Assembly (NCBI GenBank): GCA_951406725.2
Contig: OX597827.1
Span: 20,150,001-20,214,000 of the forward strand
Direction: 5' to 3'
Length of the DNA stretch: 64,000 nucleotides
Source of the DNA: Octopus vulgaris
Lineage: Eukaryota
In this document: positions 49,151 to 63,134 of the stretch, piece by piece
Layout: each line of letters starts with the position of its first letter
How positions within the stretch are numbered: position 1 is the stretch's first letter
Notes under the pieces: generated by a model
Told to the model about the DNA's origin: nothing
Databases searched by the model: none
Seen by the model: the letters and a program-made list of their open reading frames with translations, nothing else
Made by a program: the position numbers and the translations under genes

Positions 49151-49680
49151 AGTGTGCATGCATGTGTCAGTAATGTAAGAGACTGTCTCTTATCTCACCA
49201 AGTCTGGTCCCAAGTTAAATACAGATGTCCAATGCTAAAGGACACTGAAATGGATTGAAATTATGTGAGCAGCTTCAGTGTCTTGTATAGGAAGGATTCT
49301 GTTTAAGTGTTTGTAGGTTTTTGATTGGAGCTGAAATATTCCAAGAAAGTTGAATGGTTTACTCATTCTCAGCTTTCTCATTACAGATGAAACATTTGGT
49401 TGAAGATGTTTGCAATGATATGTAAAATTCTTGAACTGATTTGAAAACAGTTGAAAGCTGGTATTTACTGGCTGGGGGAGCATTAGATTGAACTGGTATT
49501 TAGCATATATAATTACTTGCTATCAAGTGATTAAATGTTATTTGCATTATTGCAGAACTTTTCCTTCATTTCAGTCATTATGTTTGTACTTTTCCATTTC
49601 ATTAAAAATATTTTAGCTCAGATATGTCACCAGAAGCAGTATTTTAGTTGACTTATTTTTCTGATGCTTTAATAAAATAG

Positions 49681-49880
49681 CCTTTCTACTTTGAGCACAA
49701 GGGCTGAAATTTTGTGGAAGGGTGCTAGTCAATTACATGGACTCCAGTTCTCAACTAGTACTTAATTTTATTGACCCCTCAAAAGGATGAAAGGCAAAGT
49801 CAGCTTGGCAGAATTTGAACTCAGAATGTAAAGATAGACGAAATGCTTGCTAAGCCTTTTGCCCAGCGTGCAATTGTGAA
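49681..49880 (-). mobile_element. SINE family A variant
   Basis: AAAGGATGAAAGGCAAAGTC..GAATTTGAACTCAGAATG. Confidence 0.8.
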
Positions 49881-50419
49881 CTCACCACGTACAGTGAAAG
49901 AGATACAGTGAATCTTAGAAGTGGGCCATTATCCATGTAGCTGCAAAGACATACAACTTTATACATTTCTTTTGACTGAAGCACAAAGCTAACTGATAGC
50001 AATTGAATTTACTCTGTCATTATTGTTCCCTGATGGATGAAGGTCATCGTTATTGACCCCTAGTATAATTTTTACTGCAAAGAGCCATTCCAGATGTTGT
50101 CAATCAACTCTACCTCTATGAATTTCTGTGATGTTGTTATCTTATATTCAAAATCTCTTACAATAAAAGTTACCATGCTCTTTATGCACTTAAGACTAAC
50201 CCTATTTTTCCTTCAACACTCTATACAATTTAGTTTATGTGAATAGGGACCAGACAAGAGTTGTTTGAAACTAGATGTCAAAATGTTAATGAGGATAATA
50301 TTTTGTTAAGCTACATAGTAATTTCATATCCTAGTACTTTGTGAATTTTCATTTTCTCTAAATGAAATAGGATAAATCTATAATATCCCAACTCTTAATG
50401 CCGCTCATCACAACCTCTG

Positions 50420-50730
50420 CCATCATCATCAGTATCATAGTTTAACATCCATTTCCCATTCTAGCAGGGGTTGGGATGTGTGACAGGAACAGGCAAGGTC
50501 AGGAGCCACACCAAGTTCCAGTGTCTGCTTTGGCATGGTTTCTACAGATGGATGCCCTGCCTAATGCCAACCACTTTACAGAGTGTGGACTGGGTGCTTT
50601 TTATGTGGCACCAGCCGGAGTGAGGTCTCCATATAACTTGCAGGACAAGACCTCTCAACTGAGGACATATTGAGGGACAGAAAAGGTATCTTGCTTTAGA
50701 AGAGAGACATGGCTACCTCAGATGAAGGGA
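50420..50730 (-). mobile_element. Family D retroposon, long form
   Basis: (CAT)n..GGATGCCCTGCCTAATGCCAACCACTTTACAGAGTG..TAACTTGCAGGACAAG. Confidence 0.75.
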
Positions 50731-51659
50731 GAAAGATGTGAGGATGTGACAGAAGTGGGCCAGAGGCTGTACACCCAAGTTACAGGGTAGTGTGTATAGT
50801 GGAGTGGAGTGGGAATTGGACAGGGTGAGTGGGTGGGTGACATCTCAACATTGTGCCTATGTTGGGAATCATTATTACATTCTGAGTTCAAATCCATAAA
50901 ATAATGTCTGTGATGCATTTAAAAAAGAAAAAATTATGTGCATACATTTCATTGCAATCTGGTCCTGCTGCACTTACTTTGGTGTTGATGTGACAGAGTT
51001 GATTGTTTAGTGACAACCCTCCTGGATGAGTTGACAAATATTTCCTACTTTTTCAGGTCACCCTGAACATTCATCAGCTTCAACCAACACTTTTGAGTCA
51101 TTCAAAAGTCTGTGTTTGACCTAAAGAATACTTACTAAAAGCCTAACATTCTGGTTAGAGCTACCAAGCTTTATTTTATGCAAAATTTGTTTCAGACACA
51201 TTGTTTGAATTTATCAGCTCTGTATGTCTGTCTGTCTGTATGTGTGTGTACCTGCGTGCGTTTGTGTGTGTCTGTGTGTGTGTACATGTACAATTTTCTT
51301 TCTCTTATCTAACAAGTTTTGTAAAAGAAGTTATTGTTTGCTTACTAGAGATAAATGTACTGTTGTATAGTAAATATAACTATATTATATCTTATCAGAT
51401 GTCAGGCTTAGTTTAAGTTTAGCAACTTGCTTGCTGACCTTTCTGCTATGTAATTACATATGTCCTTTATTAATCCTTTCAACACAGAATTGTGTGTGTG
51501 TGTGTGATAGGACAGAAGTGAGCCTCCCAGCCAACAAGTTGAGTCTCTAACCCATTTTCTTTCCCACTTAAAGCCATTTTTCTTCATTTATATGTTCTTG
51601 TTTCCATCTTCATACATACTTTAGACATCACAACTTTTAATTTTTTTCACTTTTTTAGT

Positions 51660-51976
51660 GTACCTCCTCGACAGCAAGACACCTGTTTCTGTCTCTCTGT
51701 CACACTCTAACTTTTCATCATCTGACAAGGTCACCCTCTCCAATGCCCCCTCCCCTCTCAAAGGATCTTTGTCTTGCAAGTTACTTGGTGACTCGGCCAG
51801 TGCTGGTGCCATGTAAAAAGCATCCAGTCCACACTGTAAAGTGGTTGGCATTTGAAAGGGCATCCAGCTGTAAAAAAAACCCTGCCAAAACAGACACAGA
51901 AGTATGGCTCAGGCTCCTGCCTGGCCAGTTCCTGTTAAATCATCCAACCCATGCCAGTTAAATGATGGTGATGATG
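51660..51976 (+). mobile_element. Family D retroposon, long form
   Basis: CAGCAAGACACCTG..TGTCTTGCAAGTTACTTGGTGAC..GTGGTTGGCATTTGAAAGGGCATCCAGCTG. Confidence 0.8.
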
Positions 51977-52881
51977 GATCTACAGTAGGAGGAATAAATG
52001 TTACCCTATATCAATTATTGTTGGCAAATAGATCTGGTATTAGATATTTTATATCTGTTTTAGATACTTAAATATGTAAACGTTTTTAATGTTACTGTGA
52101 GAGAATATTAGGGTTATCAAAATGAAGGCGGATTAGATGACTGGCAACATTTAGATTCACATCAGCGGCTTCATGTCAGTGCCCTGTTCATTCACACCAT
52201 GCCCCAAGTTGACTTTCATTTTCGTGGTGTTAAATTACCAATAACATTCTAACAGTTAGATCAAACTGCATCATTATGACTTTTATACAAAAACCATTCC
52301 CATTTTCTGGAAATGGTCATTATTATATTATTCAAGAGGTGTTTGTGGCATTTGCTATTTTATAGTATTGAGTTTTGTCTCTCCAAAAATCATGCTGGAA
52401 TCAGTTTTGAATTTCATTCTTGTCTTTATTTTATCCTTATAATGTTAACCACTTTGATTTTAGTGACAAATAACACAACTGGTGTGGTGACTGCAGCGTT
52501 TAAGTCTTTGAAGAATATACAAGAATCCAATTTGAGTTGGTTGAAATGGCTTTTTATTTTTTTCTAACCAGTGCTGTTTGAAAGAGCTTGAATATCTTTA
52601 TACATATCTTAGCAGTGGCTTCCAGGTGCTCTCCTGGATGTTGAAATTTAGCCTTTCATCAAGTAGGAGCAGGACAAACCTAACTAAATGGTAAATCTGT
52701 CCCTGAATGTTAGAAGTTTTACAACCTTCTTGTTGCATATGACCTACAGTATCAAGTGAGGTCATTTCAAAGTAGGAAAGACACAAATTTTAATGTGAAA
52801 CAATTTAAAAGGTAAATTGTTTTAGGTTTGAAGAAGAAATTCCAGACATGGAAGTAAAACCTGGGATCTGAAGGGCCTTAA

Positions 52882-53082
52882 CCCTTTTCTTACCAACTTG
52901 CCTGAAACTGCCTCTTGTTTTCAAGAGTTCTGAATTAAAACCTTCCACCAAACTTTAGTCACAATTTATGTTCATAACACTAGCTTAATGACAACAAAGT
53001 TATTTTACTAAATTCTTTGTTATATTTAAAATGAATTGAAAGAAACACAGAGCTTCTCAACAGAAATATGGTAACAAAAGGG
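52882..53082. mobile_element. piggyBac-like MITE with TTAA target duplication
   Basis: TTAA|CCCTTTTCTTACCA ... TGGTAACAAAAGGG|TTAA (13/14 TIR match). Confidence 0.85.
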
Positions 53083-53289
53083 TTAAAGTAAACTTAAGAC
53101 TAGAGTTATGACAAGTAGATAAGGCAGAATTCTGATACTGTTAGGGAATTGGTCATGCACAGTATGCAGAAAAGGAGTGACTAGAATCCCATAGATGGAC
53201 TTAACCTTCATATGTACTGGGTGTATAGAAAAATAGTGTGAACCTGGGAAATTGATTTGCTCAGTTGCAGGCTCTCTAGATGTAGTCAA

Positions 53290-53700
53290 GCGTTTCAGTT
53301 ACCTAAGTGGCATAATTGGCAGCAAGAGAGGGTACTCTGAAAGCAGAGTAGCCAAGGAAAGAATTCAGGTGGCTACTAAGTTTGCTAGTCAAAAGGCTTC
53401 ACTGGGTGTGTAATGTCAGAGGGTATCAGCGAAACAGTTGAAATGATCTGAGGGAGAGAAACTGTTTGTAGAAGAATCTTGTATAGTTTGCAAGAAAGAG
53501 AAGACTGTTGCTATGGGCATGTGACACGCATGGATGCTGACAGCTGTATATGGAAGTGCCAAAAGCTCAAAGCAGATGGTGCCAGTGGAAGATGATGGCG
53601 TAGAAAGACATGGGGTGAAGTGGTAAGACCCAATCTCAAAATACTGAGCCTTACAAAGACGACAGCAACAATTAACAACGTAACAGTACTGAAGAAAACT
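53290..53700 (+). mobile_element. Decayed RTE LINE 3' fragment
   Basis: TTCAGTTACCTA (FSYL), TATGGGCATGTG (YGHV) and AAGACATGGGGTGAAGTGGTAAGA (KTWGEVVR), homologous to the 3' part of 12140-13688. Confidence 0.7.
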
Positions 53701-54240
53701 CCATTTTCTTATTCAAGTGTGACAAAAAGAATGTTGATGAGGAAAGTACTGTCGATTGGGATGCTGCTCTTGCTACATTCATAAACTACTTCACCTTTAC
53801 CTCTCTGTCATCACCATCTCTCCACAGCCTTCCTCATTGAAATGCTTTCTCTGTAATCCTATTCCAATCCTCATTTCTGTGTATTCCCCACCTTCCACCT
53901 CTTTTTTTTCTCTCATTGTCCTCTCCATAGATGTTTCTCTCACCTCAACGCTGTTCTCTTCTCTGGTCTACATCCATTGTCTTCACCACTCTCATTGTTT
54001 TTTTTTTCTTCTTTTTCATGTTCCCTTCTCACACTTATAATTTTGGGAAGCACTGGTCCCCCCTTATACACCTCATCACCCTTGTGACTGTTCCTCTTTT
54101 TATCACTTGTCCCTAAACTAATCCCTTTCATACTCCCATTGTCAATAACCTTTGCTCTATTACTCTCGCCCACCCTTACAACTAGAAATCTTTTCCTTTC
54201 TCAATATCTTGCCTACAATCATTACACACACACACACACA

Positions 54241-54272
<32 letters not shown>

Positions 54273-54464
54273 GTCTTCCTTAAATCTTGCAAATTATAAG
54301 ACTACCTTAATGCTGTGCACTCTTGAAAGTGCTTTTGCTGTCAGGAAGGGGATCCAGCTGTAGAAACTGTGTAAAAACAGTGATATTGGAGTTGTAGTCC
54401 TCTCATTTGTCAAATCCTTTCAAAGCAGACATGAAATAATGATTGTGATGTGTGTATGTATGTA

Positions 54465-54500
<36 letters not shown>

Positions 54501-54675
54501 CATGTGTGTGTGTGTGTATATATATAAACATATACACTAACAGGCACTTTCATCTGCCTAAAAGCTCTTATTTCTAGTAATATAGGTGTTTCTAGCGCCC
54601 TAGTCACATTTAGTGACAATTTATAATTCCCCTTTTTTAGTGACAAACTGCTGTTTATATTAATTTTATGTATAG

Positions 54676-54707
<32 letters not shown>

Positions 54708-54715
54708 ATGATGTG

Positions 54716-54935
54716 CTGTGCTTGAGAGGACCTGTCAATTGAAATTATAGTCATAACTGGCACCTGTGCTGGTGGCATGTAAAGAACACCTTTCAAGCAT
54801 TGGGCCTCACTGAGTCAAAGTGGCTGAGGTCTTTTCGAGCGTTATGCTTCACAAAGGCAAAGTGGCTGGGGTCTTTTCGAGCATTGGGCTGGTGCAGCCT
54901 TCCGGCATGGACAGTGGACATTAAATGATGATGGT
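54716..54935 (+). mobile_element. Rearranged family D copy
   Basis: GAAATTATAGT..CCTGTGCTGGTGGCATGTAAAGAACACC..GGACATTAAATGATGATG, as at 1342-1676. Confidence 0.7.
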
Positions 54936-56639
54936 AATATATATGATGGACTCTCCCATCAAAGATGACAGATTAGCATCCATTTTTTGCTAAATGACCT
55001 TCACAAATGATTTATTTATAGTGATCAAATGTATTATATCACTCCCTGTATCAAATCAACATTGTCTAAACAGGTGCATGGTGTGTATCACACATCAGGT
55101 ATATATCTCTCTCCATATAAGTATGATGTCTGTATGTGTATAACTGATAGAAAAGTAAGGTGTATGCCAGGGGACAGTGTTCCCTACCTTACAGTTCAGG
55201 GATAGTGACCTCATAGCCTCTAGTCACCTTTCCTTACCAACTTCAGATTGATGGACCATTTGTTCTAAGTAGCCTCTGCTGCCACTGGGGTATGTGTGTC
55301 TGTGCAGGCCTAATTATGTTTATCCGTGTAAACCGGTGTCTCCTCCTATGTTAGAGTGTAAATGTAGCAGTTTCATAAATATATCAGTATAATGTGTGAC
55401 TGCAACAAATACTTGTGTCAGTATGACAGAATAAAGCTAATGTTCCAGCATGCCAGAAACCACAGAAAAGTACTTGATAAATTACTATATTATGGTTTGT
55501 AGTTTTTAATTAACCTGCACGTATAATTACTGGCATTATCATAATCTACTCTGGTTAACATGAGTCATAATCAATCCCTAGTTTGATTTGAACTCATGAT
55601 TGTGAGTTCTGTAATCAGACGCATTGGTCCTTGCTTTCTGTACCCATTGTACATTAATAAAAAATAAAATATAACCTCCATTGTTCAGGTACAAGATAAT
55701 AAGGGTTGCTGATATTGTTGGCACCCACTCCACAGATTGTGTCAGGTGTGTTTATTTGAAGAAAGTAAATGGGAATTATCATTGTTGTATCTTCTAGAGT
55801 AAATTTTAACATCAATCTTATTGTATTAAAGAAAGATCCTCTAGAAAATGCTTTTCATTTGTTTTTGTTTCATTTCTAGAAAATTTTCTTTGCCCCATGA
55901 CAGAATAAGACATTTTTCCATACAGTCTGTCATCATCTTTTTAATTTTTTCACTTGATATAGCCACTGCTAAAACCACTCTCATGAATCAAGTACTGCAT
56001 TTAATATTGTAATGATGACTTGTTAATTTATTAGTCGATTCTCCTTAGTTGATTTCAAGGGAGTTGTTTTTTTTTGTTTTTTTTTTTTGGTATGTTGACA
56101 AAATTCCTTGCTGTAAGTACTTAGATCAGTCATTGGAAGTATTTGCTTTGAGTAACACACTGTCATTGTCATGAAATTGTCTTTAAGGTATGTGAATAGA
56201 TTACACATACTACTATAGTGAAAGGGCTTTTTATAAAGACTGGAGTCAGGCCTTATTAGGTCACATTAACACTAGACCATTGATGAGTAACACTGGCTAC
56301 ATGTAGTAGCAGCATTAGCATACCAGTTTAATTGATTTCTCCGATCCTCTTAATTTTTTGTGTTATTTTAATTTGACATCGTCTAATCTACTTTAAATGT
56401 ATTTCATAATTAAATTTTCTGTGTAGAATATATTTTATTATTTTGGGGGGCCAGTGCTGGTTCTAAGTTGTGAATTAGCTGAATGTCAGTACATGAAGTG
56501 AGTTGGGAACAGTGTGAATGTGTAGTGAGTAAATCTATTCAAATCTTAGCTTTGACAATAGAGCTACGTTGTTGTTTGCTGCTGTGCTGTTTGTGCTATT
56601 ACTACTATTACAAATGAAGGAGGGTGGGTTGAGAGAGAA

Positions 56640-56805
56640 GCAAGTGAAACTATAGACAGAGAGAAGCTAACCCGGCTCTACAAGTGTCCTGTGAGCGACA
56701 GATTAAAGGAGACAGAAAGAAAAGACAGGGTTTTTTCTCTTTTGAAAAGCTTTATTCTTATTATATGAGTCATTTGTGAAAGTGCACTGTTGCTGTCGTT
56801 GATAG
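56640..56805 (+). other. Candidate alternative first exon (start unknown)
   Basis: Donor TAG|GTAAGG at 56805/56806 in a repeat-free region with a GGAGGGTGGG box, GA-rich leader, residual CpGs and TGAGTCA at 56766. Confidence 0.35.
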
Positions 56806-58401
56806 GTAAGGTGATTTATTTAGCTTATTTTCTGTATTATTTCATAATTTATTCAGTTTTACTCTTGTTGGTGCAAGCTGCACATTTAACTGGATTCTAA
56901 CCAAGTTGTAGACACAGTTGTGTCACACCCAACAGTCTGCAGTTTTACATTTAGAGCCAAGAAATAGAACAATTTCTTGTGATTTTTATGAAATTGTTTT
57001 TGATTTTTTTCTTTAACTGGAGGCTGAGCTGGTCTGGTATTAAATTAATAGTGAAAGAAAATACCAAGTCAGATAATCATAAATTTGACTTGAACCTAAC
57101 AATCCATTTCTATTGAGTCACATGGCCATTATCAAGGTTTCTCTATTAACTGTTATGTCTAGCTTTTCTTCCAGCTTGATTTATTTATGCTAATATTTCA
57201 CCCATTTATTTATTTATTTTGTTATTGTATTTGATACTTAATTCTGAGAATAACTAAATAAAAACTGCTCCTTCTTTGAAATATTTTCGTTTTTCAAAAA
57301 AAGAATTATGATAATGAAATCCACCTTGGTCTGTCCCAACAGTTGCTACACAGGTCTGACCGGCTATATATATAACTGGACATTTATTATTATATCAGTT
57401 TTGTAAATTTATATACTTTACACCAATTCTAAATGCTTTCACCTGTTCCTAATATCTTAGAACTAATCCCATTTTAATGCAGTCATTTAAAAAATTGATT
57501 CGGTTTTAGATAACAGAGACTTGAAGAACACAATGAAATTTCTATTTGTTCACTTATCTCTCCCTCTCACATTTCTCCACACTGGCAAATATCTTTTAAG
57601 TTTCTTTTCAAAATTTCTTTTTAAAAAAATTCCTGTTGACTCTAATGATTTATAGTTTGTTAATCGAAGTCCTTTTGTAAACCAACCTAACGGCAATATA
57701 TGTAAATATACAAGAAAAATACTCCTGCATATTTATAATTATGAGAAATAATCTCCGTTTTCAAAGTTGCTGAGGTTATGTTGGATTAAGAATATAAAAG
57801 ATTACTGAAATATTTCATAAAGGATTATGTTTTTAATGTTCCCTGTATGTTTCTTATTGTGACTGATTGAAAAGAGATGTATATGGGTCAGAATAACATG
57901 TCATGCATTGAAAACCGCCAATTTGATTTTAGAGTTGTAACCGTAACAATGAATGTCATGCTATAGTCTATGAATTTTCAAAAAGCAAAAAAAGCTACCT
58001 GTTACCTTATTTTGTAGATATAAATTGAATTGGAGTTTCACCATTCGAACCAAGTTGAAGCAGATTAAAAACAGTTGTGGTGATGGTGGTGGTTGGACAG
58101 TGTGTGTACGTAGTTATATATAACTGTATGTGTTGTGACTGTGTGTTGGTCACTACGTGTATGACTGTATCACTGTGCATATCTCTACATGCTTTCCTGT
58201 TTGAAGAAATGTGACATGAAAAAAACCCCAAAAAAACTCCCAATTTAAGACTTTGTGCCTTTCAGTAGATTTGATTGGCTAATTACTGTAATTCAGGAAA
58301 TTTGCAATGAAGAAAGTTAAGACTTAGAAAAAGTTGTAGAGGTGTAACATTATTCTTTAAAAAAATGTATTCAGGTGAGATAAAATGAAAGTAATTTAGA
58401 A

Positions 58402-58582
58402 TGAGAGATTCATTAAGGATCATGAGTCTTGCATTATAAGCTGTGTTTATTTTATTGATTAATATTAAGGGAGCCACCAATACTAAAATTTTTGCTCCAA
58501 ATAACAAATTTGGGAAATGCATTGCATATGTTAAATTCAGGTTAGAAATTTACATCATTAAAAAAAAGTCTGTTCTATTAAT
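58402..58582 (+). repeat. About 181-bp dispersed direct repeat, copy 1
   Basis: Near-identical to 62952-63134. Confidence 0.95.
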
Positions 58583-60994
58583 TTTGTAAAAAAATTTTGT
58601 AATGTAAAGCCAAAGAGTTTATCTGATAAACTCCCACAAGTTTATCAGATATCAGCAAGAAATCATTTTCTTAAAGAATTCCCCCAAAAATATTTTTATA
58701 ATTCATTTGGCATAGTTTTTTTTAAATAGCTATTTTTTTCCAAGATAACAGCATGAAGTAGATAAATTTGCTTTACACAATCATATCAGCCATTTTATGC
58801 ACTAGATCAAGCCTTTTGCAATCTATTCTCCTTGCGGTGTCTTCTTGACAATTCCTCTCCCCATAGGCAGTTTCCACTGTCAACACAACACTTTTTTCAC
58901 TCCTCATTCATTTGCTCCACATGTCTGTTTTTAATGCCAAACCATTTGCCTAACTTTTACTCTGCCTTTTGTGAGGGTTAATATTTCACATTCATTGGTT
59001 GGACTCAACTGATCTTCAACCTCTGCAAATTTCCCCTGTATTAAAAAAACAAACATGTCCTTGAAATAGCAACCAAATTATCTAATTACAATCATAAAAT
59101 AAAATGGGATTCGAAACAAAACATTTGTAGGTGTTTCATCGTTTGTATATTCAATCTGATCTGATTTGGGATAAAATAACATCAACCACAGCAATGTTCC
59201 CCCACCTTTTGCCCCTGTCTAACTAATTTACACTTCATATCTACAGTCAAAACTTGCTTCTCCAAACATTATCAAACAAAAATTCAAGGTTTTGTAATTA
59301 TGGCTTCCTGTGTTTACAATCAAATCTCTTACCCAATCAGTTATCCAAACAAAATGGTACTCCTCACCCATCTCAATCAGATAATTGAGGTCCATTGTAA
59401 TTTGCTCTTTTTGCACATAGAGAAATTTCTTTTGTTGTCTACAAAGATAAGTTTTCTGGACTTCTTTTTCATTCAGCTAAATCTGCACCCTCTTCCAGTG
59501 CTAAAAAGACCACGACTACTAGTAGTAGAGAGTTAAATGAAATGGGTTCATGAACTTCATTTAGTACTTCTGGTTACTCATCATCCAGAGATATTAAACC
59601 ATTCTTCAAGTTCCAGTTGTTGGCTAAGCATTTTGGTTGCAGCTGCAATAGGGTTTTGATGACTATTGGAAATTATAAGAATTTCTGACATTAATTGTTT
59701 TGCTGCAAGTTCATACATTTACCAGAAATTCTCAGTAATTCCATTGGTCAAATATACCATTTCAGTAATTATTTTCCCACTGAGGGATTTAAAATTTTAT
59801 GGGCAGTAGAGAAAAAAACAACAACTTCATTGTATATGAGAAACCGAGGCAGTATTTCATTGTAGTGTTTTCATTAATGCATTGTTTTTATTTCTTTGTG
59901 CAAATGTTTTAATAATAAATTACTTTTGTTGTGAAAAGAAATTTCCCTTGTTTTATGTTTGTCTTTTGGCTTTGTCTTGTTGAACAATATTTCGAGAATC
60001 CACACTTAACCTATTCTCTCACTCGGGTGAGAGAGGAAATAAGTCACTCAGTCTTGTTAGTAATTTTACCGATATTTTTGTTTTTAGCTCGATGAATTAA
60101 ATTCTTTTTTACCTTTTGTTTGTTTTGAGGATGTATTGCTACACTATTTATGTAGGACTTGCTACATGCAGAAGCTTACAGTCTTATACCCATAATACAA
60201 ATAGATAAGTCTTGTTGAGTTAGTGGGACTCGTAAAGCAATTATTTTGTTGTCTCAGTTCTTGGATGATGAGAGATTAATCTCTTTCTGGACACTAATCT
60301 ATTACTGGTAACTACTTTGACGGAAATTTTCACATAAAAGTGAATTGTAGCACGTAGAATTAAGTTCCTCACAAACATTGATATTTCTATGGCATACATG
60401 AAGTTAAGACTCATGACTAAGTAGACCAGTACCTCATTATTCAGCCAGTTCATATATAAGTATGGCATGTTTGAATATTTGCATTGGCATCTGCTCACAA
60501 ATTGAGGGGAAGGGCATTGGCTAAGTCAGTTTCAATGTTTTATTGATCCAGAAAAATGAAAGACAAAGTCGATGTTATTAGGGTTTGAATTCAGAATACA
60601 AAAGGCTGTAATGGAATATTTTAAGATATTGTTTGTCACTCTGATTCTTTTCCATACCCATTTTTTTTATTGGGTAGCACCATCTCATTAGTATTGGTAG
60701 TTTACTTTTGTGAGCTAGTAAATCATAACCGTTCACATGATTTACACCCTGCATTGTAACATATTGACAACTTGTTTATTAGTGTCTATGTTTGACTTTA
60801 CAAAATAAACCTGTTTAAAATGTCTTTTATTTTTTTGTTTTTTCATGTTTGAATTTCTCAGTAGAATCAGTTACCAGTTTGACATTGATTTTAGCATTTA
60901 GTTGAAGGTTTCTGTTTTAAATAATTTGATTCTCTCAGTTTAGTGTCTACGGATTATATACCTCATCACCACCTTTCTTTTATCCCCTTCAGCC

Positions 60995-61350
60995 ATGTAC
61001 CTTCTCAACAGCAAGACCTCTGTGCTTCTCTTTCTATTGTACTTTCTATGCCTTTCAACACTTGGCATAAAGACATCTGCCTCCATCTTCCCCTCTTAGT
61101 AGTATAGACATTAACTTTTTTTATTTCTTGTTTTTTTTTTTCTGTCTTGCAAGTTTACATGGCAACTCACTTGTGCTGGTAGCATAAAAAAACAAAAATT
61201 TACCCAGTACACTCTGTAAGCTGGTTGGCATTAGGAAGGGCATCCAGCTGTGGAAAGCATGCCAAAGCTGACATTGGAACTGAACATGGCCTTGCAGCTT
61301 GCTGGACCTGTCAAACCATCTGACTCCTGCCATCATGGATATTAAATGAT
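60995..61350 (+). mobile_element. Family D retroposon, long form
   Basis: CAGCAAGACCTC..TGTCTTGCAAGTT..GGTTGGCATTAGGAAGGGCATCCAGCTG. Confidence 0.75.
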
Positions 61351-61379
61351 TTTATATATATATATATATATATAAATAT

Positions 61380-61709
61380 AGGTGCAAATGTGGCTGTTTG
61401 ATAAGAAGCTTGCTTCCCAACTACACGGTTCCGGGTTCAGTCCCACTGTGTGGCACCTTAGGCAAGTGTCTTCTATAGCCTCAGGTTGACCAAAGCCTTG
61501 TGAGTGGATTTGGTAGATGGAAACTGAAAGAAGCCTGTCATGTATGTATGTATATATATATTGTGTGTATGTTTGTACTCCCACCATCACTTGACAACCG
61601 ATGTTGGTGTGTTTATGTGCCCATAACTTAGTGGTTCGGCAAAATAGACTGATAGAATAAGTACTAGGCTTACAAAGAATAAGTTCTGGGGTCAATTTGT
61701 TTGACTAAA
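61380..61709 (+). mobile_element. SINE family B, 3'-truncated
   Basis: GGTTCCGGGTTCAGTCCCACTG..GGCAAGTGTCTTCTATAGCCTC..GATAGAATAAGTACTAGGCT. Confidence 0.88.
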
Positions 61710-62951
61710 TATGTGTATGTATAAAATAAAAATATTGATTATTGTGATTTTTTTCTATTGTCAACAATTTCAATATCTAATTTGGCATATGTGTGTAGTT
61801 TTGATTTAATTTATTAAAATTTCCATTTTAATTTTTAAATGGTAAGCAGTGTGTGTATGTATATATAAAAAACATTCTATTAAATTAGGACTTTAGTGGC
61901 TGTTACAATTGAGAGAATTTTGAAAAAAGTAACGAATTCCAGTTATTTAATTTTGTGATGCTCTGAGTGTGTGTGTGCATATTGGTCTTTTTCTTAATAG
62001 GAGTATATGAGTGAAATGTAGACTGTAGAACCACATAACAGGTTACTCCTCTGCCGAATAAAGGTGATTCATTAAGTTCTCTTCTTTAATGTTGAACATG
62101 GCTGGTTTTCTTTCTGGCTATGGTTGCCACACAGAAAATCAGTTGTTTCTCAGAGGCATCAAAAATGGATGCAAAACAGTCTCTTCATGATTGTTCCAAT
62201 TAAGCAAGAATGAAGAGAAAAACAAGTTTTTAAGAAAAATTTCTATAAAATACTGATTGGAACGGTCAACAGTTGTTACTTTTGTAAAGTGGTCTCTGAG
62301 ACTATTAGAGCCAGGCATTTTATGCTAAAGATTAAAATCTCTTAATAATTTCAGTTGCAAAGTGGGAATAGTCTTTGATCAGATATACCATCAAATTATT
62401 GGAGGAAAGTAAATAGGGAGATTAAAAAATGAAGAAATTGTTGAAATGTTTTACTAGTGACTTGTCTTATCTACATTTGTTAATTAACTGGAGAAAATAA
62501 TTATCTTAAACTTTACATCTCATGCTATAAGTACGTATAAGATTAAGATCAAAAAGTAATTCCCTGAATATTTTTTTCTCAGTAAAAGTGATTAGCTAAG
62601 ATAGTTATGAATAATCTAAAGGTAATTTTGAATAAAGGTATTTGTAAGAAATACGAAAAAGGGAAAAGAATTACAAGTCCCAAGTCCATCCATCATCTAT
62701 TCTTCAACTTGCAGCAGATTGTTTCATAGAAACTCCCACTCCTGTCTTATGTTACCTGTCATTTCTTTGAATTTCTAATTGGCCAATAGATCTTTCAGCT
62801 TCTATACTTCTTCAGATTGTCTTGTGTCTAAAAGAAAAGGATTTGTTGTTTATGAAATTACTTGGGTGGGTGGCATATCTGGTAATCTCTTCTCTCAGAC
62901 ATTTTCTGCTGCAAACCTGGGAAAGTTCCTGTTAAGGGCTACTTTTTAATG

Positions 62952-63134
62952 TGAGAGATTCATTAAGGATCATGAGTCTTGCATTATAAGCTGTGCTTAT
63001 TTTATTGATTAATATTAAGGGAGCCACCAATACTAAAATTTTTGCTCCAAATAACAAATTTGGGAAATGCATTGCATATGTTAAATTCAGGTTAGAAATT
63101 TACATTATTAAAAATATATATCTGTTCTATTAAT
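62952..63134 (+). repeat. About 181-bp dispersed direct repeat, copy 2
   Basis: Near-identical to 58402-58582, offset 4550 bp. Confidence 0.95.

Noticed and set aside
59228-59416. 62-aa ORF with vague resemblance to MULE or Maverick proteins
   Set aside because: Similarity too weak and ambiguous to call without a profile search
58402-63134. Direct repeats as LTRs of a 4.7-kb retrotransposon, or as a NUMT
   Set aside because: No CA end, TSD, PBS/PPT or gag/pol remnants; translation does not match mitochondrial proteins I can recognise
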